From positions 1-64,000 of IMG/VR virus record IMGVR_UViG_3300014720_000019: a stretch of DNA of 64,000 nt. One strand, given 5' to 3'. Numbering within the stretch: position 1 is the stretch's first letter; each line of letters begins with the position of its first letter. The position numbers and the translations under genes are program-made. Shown here piece after piece: positions 57,867 to 64,000 of the stretch. The stretch is from a virus. The notes under the pieces are model-generated. The model did no database searches and had not been told where the DNA came from. It saw only the letters and a program-made list of their open reading frames with translations.

Positions 57867-58293
57867 AGTAACAAATAACATGTTTATAGTAGTACTACAT
57901 CAAACAACATCAAGTGCTAAAGACTTCTTACAAGCAGCACCAACAGCGCCATTCTCATATCATTTATTCATTGATATTAATGGTAATACAACATACTTAG
58001 TTGAATCATCTAGACAAGCAAAAGCCTGTGCTAATTGTCTAGTAGATGGTATAACTAATGTGGATCAACAATCATATCAGATATGTTTTGAGTCAACAGA
58101 TGGCACCTTATCAGGCCCTCAATATATGTCACTTGGTTATATATTATCTCTATTAGATATAAGACTTAATAATGTATATATACACTCAGAGATATCACCA
58201 TCTAATGACTTGAAGCTAATTGATAAGGATAAGATTATAAAGGCTTATAATAAGTTCTTACCTAACAAGACTATATATACAGGATTAGAGTAA
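57838..58293 (+). CDS. N-acetylmuramoyl-L-alanine amidase-like protein
   Basis: IVVLHQT, SYHLFIDING, YIHSEI; real start probably ATG 57880. Confidence 0.7.
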   Translation: MQLIKRLINRVTNNMFIVVLHQTTSSAKDFLQAAPTAPFSYHLFIDINGNTTYLVESSRQAKACANCLVDGITNVDQQSYQICFESTDGTLSGPQYMSLGYILSLLDIRLNNVYIHSEISPSNDLKLIDKDKIIKAYNKFLPNKTIYTGLE

Positions 58294-59435
58294 TGGCTAG
58301 AACAAGAAAAGACTATGAGGCCCTATTAACTAACACCAATGTTGTTGCATACTTAAATGCTATTAGCAAAGTAGAAGCACCTACATACTATACTGCTAAT
58401 GGTGGAACAACATATGTACCAACAAGTCCTGCTCATCCAAATGTAATTATTCCACCTGGAACATCAGCAGCATTTGGTAGATATCAATTTGTGCCTGGAA
58501 CGTGGAGTGAAATACAAGCTGGATTAGGACCTTTAGATATAAGAAAACCAAGAGATCAAGATATAGCTGCATTATATAGAATGGATTCTCTTAGGGGTAC
58601 ATTAGATAATGTGATAGCTGGTAATTGCATTGCAACACTTGATAGTAACTCAGAAGAATGGGCAGCACTGCCTAACTCTTCTTCTGGCTTTGCTTATAAG
58701 GGTCAAGGTAGTCAATATGATGCTCAATCATTTTGTAAGTTAGTTGATAGTTTAAAAGGAACAACATTACCAGGAGGGCCTCTTGTTAACAACAACACAC
58801 CCACCCTATCTAACAGTAATACTAACAACAACTTAAGTAATCAAGGTAGTACCAACTTTGCAGATATAACATGTCCACCTATTAAAGAGGATGATTTATA
58901 TAGAGCTAACTTTCAAATAAGTAATCCAGGATGTAAGATAACAGGTTTAATACAACCATTAACAGGAGGATCAACTAATGGGGCCACAGTTAGAAGTAAT
59001 AGTGTAACTAATAGTGGTGTTGGCTTCTCTATTAATAAGCAAGGCTTTGGTAGTTGTACCAGTCTAAGAAGTCCATGTAACTTATCGGAGGTTGTATTTA
59101 CATCTGGTTATGGGTGGAGATGGGGTAGAATGCATAATGGAGTTGACTTAGCAGGGCCAATTGACACACCAATATATGCAGCATCTAATGGTAAGGTTAT
59201 ATTTGCTGGTTGGCAAGATGGATATGGTAATAGAATAGAGATTATGAGTCCTGAGAACATAAGAACAACATATAGCCACTTAGAAGCTTTTAAATGTGTA
59301 GAAGGACAGCAAGTACAAGTAGGACAACAGATTGGTGACATGGGTAGTACTGGCTTTTCAACTGGACCACATTTACACTTTGAAGTTGACTTAGGTGCTG
59401 GTTATATTGATCCACAAGAATGTATTAGATTCTAA
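58293..59435 (+). CDS. Lambda-type lysozyme fused to M23 peptidase
   Basis: AAFGRYQF..TW, QDIAAL, EWAALP; HNGVD, YSHL, STGPHLHFEV. Confidence 0.9.
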   Translation: MARTRKDYEALLTNTNVVAYLNAISKVEAPTYYTANGGTTYVPTSPAHPNVIIPPGTSAAFGRYQFVPGTWSEIQAGLGPLDIRKPRDQDIAALYRMDSLRGTLDNVIAGNCIATLDSNSEEWAALPNSSSGFAYKGQGSQYDAQSFCKLVDSLKGTTLPGGPLVNNNTPTLSNSNTNNNLSNQGSTNFADITCPPIKEDDLYRANFQISNPGCKITGLIQPLTGGSTNGATVRSNSVTNSGVGFSINKQGFGSCTSLRSPCNLSEVVFTSGYGWRWGRMHNGVDLAGPIDTPIYAASNGKVIFAGWQDGYGNRIEIMSPENIRTTYSHLEAFKCVEGQQVQVGQQIGDMGSTGFSTGPHLHFEVDLGAGYIDPQECIRF

Positions 59436-59477
59436 TAATAATTAATAATAACTAATTAATAATAACTAATAATAACA

Positions 59478-59984
59478 ATGAACTACATAGAAACAGAAGC
59501 ATATTCTAACTGTTGTACTGAGTGGCAGTTTTATTACAATAAGATATTAGGAGACGCTGGCATAACACCTCTTAAAAGAGACCTAATAACCTATCTTATA
59601 ACTCCTACATATTATAATGACAACACTGTCTATTTTGATTATAGAGGCTCTATAATCAACACTCTTATAACATCTAATATTACTAATTATAAGACTGCTT
59701 CATCTTATGTATTACAAATGAAACAAGATGAGGATAATTATATATTTAACACCTATCCAACTAAGAATGAATACTCAATATATGATGTTATATTCTTAGT
59801 TGCTAGGATTAATAACTGGTCAATAGATGGTCAACTGTTATTAGATATAAGGGCCACTCAATACAATACAAATTTAATAATAACTAATAAGTATGAAGCA
59901 TTAAAACAATTAGATATATATTTAAATACAAATATAGCTGACACTTTATTTGGCTTATATCAAAGAACATACATAATAAGATAA
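59478..59984 (+). CDS. Hypothetical protein
   Basis: 168-aa ORF. Confidence 0.7.
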   Translation: MNYIETEAYSNCCTEWQFYYNKILGDAGITPLKRDLITYLITPTYYNDNTVYFDYRGSIINTLITSNITNYKTASSYVLQMKQDEDNYIFNTYPTKNEYSIYDVIFLVARINNWSIDGQLLLDIRATQYNTNLIITNKYEALKQLDIYLNTNIADTLFGLYQRTYIIR

Positions 59985-59988
59985 CAAC

Positions 59989-61014
59989 ATGTATAAACAG
60001 ATAAACGTATTACCAATAAACATTAATAATCTAAGTAATGATCAAAAGGTTATAGTCAATGATTTAGCTATAACAATGAATCAATCATCTAATAACTTGT
60101 ATAAACTATTAACACTATTTAATGAAGCAACAACAACTATTGGTTTATACAAGCTTATATATAAGTTAGAAGAGATACTAATAACATTAAATATTATAAA
60201 TACTATTGATTCTAATACATATGATATTAGAGAACAATCAATAGGTAATAAGGAGTTACTATCTATTAAAGAGCATTCAATTAGAATGTTTAACAATGAG
60301 AGAAGTTGGATAACAAGCTATGGATCATTGGGTTATTATCTAGGTTTTATAACTACTAAGAATGCATCATACTTATCACCATCAGAGCAGTCATATTATT
60401 CTTGTCTATCACTCATTAAGTTATATTCTAATTACAATGACTTAGGACAAGCAATACAACAAGATGATAAACAGTATGATGAGTTTATATATAAATACAT
60501 ATCAACTGTCATTAATAGGCAACCAGATGTAGCCACAGTTATTAGACATTTAAAGATATTACATAATTACAACTTGTCCAAATACGGGGCCATTTATCTA
60601 CTAACTAATTTTAAACAAAGACAACATATAGACTTTATATTTCAAACAATATCTATCAACTATATGTACTTCTTAAGAGATGTATATAAAGCTATAAAAG
60701 AGGGTGAGTTAGTTATTAATGATATACCACTAGAAGAGACTTTAATAGACCCAGTAGAAAGCTTATATAAGTATAATGATGAGTTGATAGGACCAGGAGG
60801 TATTAATACTCTTACAGTCCTACTAGCATCTAGTCTAATAAGAAGGGCTCATTATTTATGTAATAGAAACTATATAGACAACATAGATAGAATAAATAAT
60901 CTAATAATAAAGGCCACATCTTTACTATTGTTTAGTCCTATAACTAAATCAATAGGAGAAGAGATAAGTCAAATAATAACAAGGGAGATACCAATATATG
61001 ACAACAACATTTAG
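59989..61014 (+). CDS. Hypothetical protein
   Basis: 341-aa ORF. Confidence 0.75.
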   Translation: MYKQINVLPININNLSNDQKVIVNDLAITMNQSSNNLYKLLTLFNEATTTIGLYKLIYKLEEILITLNIINTIDSNTYDIREQSIGNKELLSIKEHSIRMFNNERSWITSYGSLGYYLGFITTKNASYLSPSEQSYYSCLSLIKLYSNYNDLGQAIQQDDKQYDEFIYKYISTVINRQPDVATVIRHLKILHNYNLSKYGAIYLLTNFKQRQHIDFIFQTISINYMYFLRDVYKAIKEGELVINDIPLEETLIDPVESLYKYNDELIGPGGINTLTVLLASSLIRRAHYLCNRNYIDNIDRINNLIIKATSLLLFSPITKSIGEEISQIITREIPIYDNNI

Positions 61015-64000
61015 TGAACTAGACAAGCCAACAATACAATTAGATCAACTAGATAAAGTAACCTTTGATGGTACTGTCTACAATGAAGTTACTAAGTCTG
61101 CTGATAATATTTTAGCAACAACACAATTAAACAGTAATTTATCCTATGACAACTTCTTATTACACTCATCTAAAGAGTGGTTATCAACATTAGAAGATAT
61201 AACATCAGATCTTGTTAAAGAGACTAAAGACACATCTGATAGGATTAAACAACAAAATAAAGTAATAGATGGCATCAATAAAGCAGCCCCAGATGCAGCC
61301 CCATTTAAAGACACATCTGCTAAGCTGCAAGAAGGAGTTAAAGACTTATCAGAGAGTAGCAAAGCAATGGCACAAGTATATGATTATACAGGTGCTATTA
61401 ACTTCATATCAAGTACAAGTGTTAACACAGTTGCTGGCTCCATTGTTAGTACTAGTGACCTAGGTATGTTTAATAGAAGCCCCTCTATTACAAACATTGC
61501 TAATACAAAGGTAGATAAGATATCAACCTCCTTTCAATTTAGTGACACATCATTAACACAAGATGACAAACATATAACAATTACCAATCAAAGAACTATT
61601 AGTGCTAGTGATGACAATAAGGTTGTATCTAATACCACATCAACTACATCATCTGATAATAAGACAACTGCTGTTAACAGTCATCAAGTAGTAACTAATG
61701 AGCAAGCTTTATATAATAACACAACAACAGTAGTAGCTAAGGAGGCTGCTATATTTGGTAGTGGAGGACCAACAACAGTAATAGGACAAACAGGTATAAC
61801 AATAGCTGCTGGTCAAACAAATAAGACAACAGCATCAGGCGCATCAACAGACCCAGCACCAACTGAGATATTACCAGAATTACCACCTCCTAATATTGAA
61901 TTATTATCAATAGGAGATATAACATCAAAGGCTAATGGTAGCTGCATTACAAGTGGAGATACAATTGGTAATAACTGTAATAAGTTTGGAGTCATATCAA
62001 TTGACAACACTCAATCTTCAACAACAACAGCTATTACAAGTAAGGCTCAAACGGTAGTTACTAGTGATGCTTTAACATATAATGGCACACAAAACACTGG
62101 CATACTAGTAACACCTACTGCCATATTAGCAGGTACAGGATTAGCACCACTAATACCAATACTAGGAGAAGTATTACCACCAATTATTATTGACTTGCCA
62201 GAGTTACCAGAGTTTCCATTTGGCAGTTTAGCAGACTTCTTATCTAAGTGTTTACCATTCAATATTGCCACACCAACTACTATTAATAATAATAGTAGTA
62301 CTACTAACACAGATATAACCACAAGTGTTGGTAATGGAGAAATAATAACCAGCCCTGTTCTTAATCCTGCTGAGCCTCCACCATTAGAAGTTGCACCAGA
62401 ACCTCCATTAGTTGTATTAGAGCCGCAGTCTAGTACACAACCAACCACACCAACATTAGATGAGCCAGTTGATATATCATTAGAAGATCCATTAGTACAA
62501 CCAAGTAAGACATCTGAGCCTGCTAGCAATAAACAAGTAAAAGCTAATAAGACTGATAGAGCAGTTGATGAGGCACCAGTTCAATCTAACCAAACAAAGA
62601 ACAAACAACATAATACCAAAGGTGTAGTAATAGCTGCTTCTCAATTAGGCATATTACATCCTGTATTACAAAGACCAGAGGATGTTATTAATCCTAATAA
62701 AAACACCACACAATCTACATCTATAGTGCCTGAGATATCACCACAACTAACATATGGTGAGTCATTAAAGTCAATAACAAACTTACAACAATTTGAAGTT
62801 GTTCAGTCATTTAGTAAAGACATTAGACCTTTTATAACAGGTAATTATAGTGACTTTACAAAGGCAATTGCAATAGTAGAAACAAGTGGAATAACTATTA
62901 GTACTGACTACCCAACAACCATTAATAATATATTATCTGATAAGTCTATAGTTAATCAGATACAGACATTTATTAACACTAAAAGACCAATTGGACAGGG
63001 AGGACAACAGCCACCAAACATACAAGATGATATATCTAATCCTATATCAGATCTTAATAGTGGTGGCAATAACTTTAGAACGCCTGCTACACCTGGACAA
63101 GGCATATTAGATACTATGACAGTATTAGGTGAACCATCAACTACAACTAAAATGTCTATACTAAGAACAACTCCTGGTTGGTTTAGTAATAATGATCAAA
63201 TAGCTAACATTGATCCTAATACTGTAACTGACTTTAAGTTTGGGGATGAACTAATTGATAATGCTAACTTAGCTGGCATATCAGAGTTATTAAATAACAA
63301 GTATGTAGATACTATTAAAGGATTAATACCAGATTCTAAGATACAATCAGCCCTCTCATTAACACAAGATATAGCTGCTGGCAGAATAACAACACCACAA
63401 GAGTATGCAAGAGCTATTGCTAATGTAGCAGGAGGAGAAATAGCAACATACATAACATATGCTGAGCAAGCATTTAACATATATCAACAAGTAGAACAGG
63501 GCAACTATACAGCACTATTAGATATACCAGGAGTATCTAATGTATTAGGCAGTAAAGGCACAGCAGTAGCATCAAAGGTGTTATCTCTAATAAGTAAGAA
63601 GAACATAACTGATAAGGATATATATGATGTAGCTGGTAGTATATTCACAGCATTAACAGGCATTGGAATACCCTTATTAGATGAGCTAGCTAAACTACTA
63701 GGATGTATTGACTCATTAAAACAAACAGAGCCCTTTCTACAATCAATATCTAACCCAGACTTACAAGACATTATTGATTATCTACCTAGAATAATACAAT
63801 CAGCAAAAGATAATAATGTTGTATTAAATATAAACCCTGATAACTCTAGAATAATACAATCAGCAAAGGATAATAATGTTGTATTAAATATAAACCCTGA
63901 TAACTGTGGTCAAGTAATAGAGTTATCAGCAGAAGAAGCAACTATAACTGTAATAGAGATTGGGCCATCATATATTAAGTTCAAGTTAGATAGTAGAGAT
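60998..64000 (+). CDS. Large Thr/Ser-rich structural protein (spike beta-helix-like region), truncated by window end
   Basis: ATG at 60998 (MTTTFSELDKPT...), GGAG upstream; absent from ORF track consistent with no stop before window end. Confidence 0.7.
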   Translation, partial: MTTTFSELDKPTIQLDQLDKVTFDGTVYNEVTKSADNILATTQLNSNLSYDNFLLHSSKEWLSTLEDITSDLVKETKDTSDRIKQQNKVIDGINKAAPDAAPFKDTSAKLQEGVKDLSESSKAMAQVYDYTGAINFISSTSVNTVAGSIVSTSDLGMFNRSPSITNIANTKVDKISTSFQFSDTSLTQDDKHITITNQRTISASDDNKVVSNTTSTTSSDNKTTAVNSHQVVTNEQALYNNTTTVVAKEAAIFGSGGPTTVIGQTGITIAAGQTNKTTASGASTDPAPTEILPELPPPNIELLSIGDITSKANGSCITSGDTIGNNCNKFGVISIDNTQSSTTTAITSKAQTVVTSDALTYNGTQNTGILVTPTAILAGTGLAPLIPILGEVLPPIIIDLPELPEFPFGSLADFLSKCLPFNIATPTTINNNSSTTNTDITTSVGNGEIITSPVLNPAEPPPLEVAPEPPLVVLEPQSSTQPTTPTLDEPVDISLEDPLVQPSKTSEPASNKQVKANKTDRAVDEAPVQSNQTKNKQHNTKGVVIAASQLGILHPVLQRPEDVINPNKNTTQSTSIVPEISPQLTYGESLKSITNLQQFEVVQSFSKDIRPFITGNYSDFTKAIAIVETSGITISTDYPTTINNILSDKSIVNQIQTFINTKRPIGQGGQQPPNIQDDISNPISDLNSGGNNFRTPATPGQGILDTMTVLGEPSTTTKMSILRTTPGWFSNNDQIANIDPNTVTDFKFGDELIDNANLAGISELLNNKYVDTIKGLIPDSKIQSALSLTQDIAAGRITTPQEYARAIANVAGGEIATYITYAEQAFNIYQQVEQGNYTALLDIPGVSNVLGSKGTAVASKVLSLISKKNITDKDIYDVAGSIFTALTGIGIPLLDELAKLLGCIDSLKQTEPFLQSISNPDLQDIIDYLPRIIQSAKDNNVVLNINPDNSRIIQSAKDNNVVLNINPDNCGQVIELSAEEATITVIEIGPSYIKFKLDSRD
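63786..63905 (+). repeat. 60-bp in-frame tandem duplication
   Basis: ctagaataatacaatcagcaaa(a/g)gataataatgttgtattaaatataaaccctgataact x2, one mismatch. Confidence 0.9.

Larger units (their letters stand above)
1..64000. mobile_element. Large myovirus-type bacteriophage genome segment
   Basis: Portal, protease, major capsid, sheath, tube, hub, spike, PAAR and tail fibre genes; two phage-type RNA polymerases; dense orphan genes; no cellular housekeeping genes. Confidence 0.97.

Noticed and set aside
49370-59435. Bacterial extracellular contractile injection system or T6SS
   Set aside because: Portal, protease and capsid genes show a DNA-packaging phage
34169-63771. Short minus-strand ORFs opposite structural genes
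   Set aside because: Antisense shadows of plus-strand genes, including the truncated 60998 ORF
1-64000. Stop-codon reassignment
   Set aside because: Standard code gives long intact ORFs; TAA, TAG and TGA all end genes
1-64000. tRNA/rRNA genes, terminase, integrase, DNA polymerase
   Set aside because: No supporting motifs seen by eye; may lie outside the window

Overview
The whole window is part of a large, AT-rich, CpG-poor tailed phage genome with a contractile tail (myovirus morphotype); no host housekeeping genes, rRNA, tRNA or CRISPR array were seen. (i) 1-16.1 kb: a minus-strand 'early/host-takeover' cluster with a truncated DUF1874/AcrIII-1-like ring nuclease gene, a 1403-aa single-chain two-barrel (DxDGD) RNA polymerase, a Ser/Thr-kinase-like protein and many small orphan genes. 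Most intergenic gaps carry a conserved GGCCCTTTTATT element, often followed by a second hairpin whose stem changes from copy to copy while its loop keeps AACTCACT. (ii) 16.4-20.6 kb: plus-strand HTH protein, PAAR spike tip and orphans. (iii) 20.9-32.6 kb: a 3923-aa minus-strand protein with two N-terminal PLD (HxK) motifs and a second two-barrel RNA polymerase (GDFDGD). It lies head-to-head with a tail-chaperone pair joined by a lambda-type G GGA AAG -1 slippery site, so it is a candidate virion RNAP, possibly fused to the tape measure. (iv) 32.8-64 kb: portal, tail fibre with a foreign GC/CpG-rich distal cassette, Dps, prohead protease, major capsid, free-standing GIY-YIG endonuclease, neck, sheath, three tube paralogues, hub, spike and cell-wall hydrolases. 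The best candidate for a new system is the two-RNAP transcription programme (PLD-fused giant RNAP, non-virion RNAP and the structured early-gene element). All assignments come from motif reading by eye; no searches were run.
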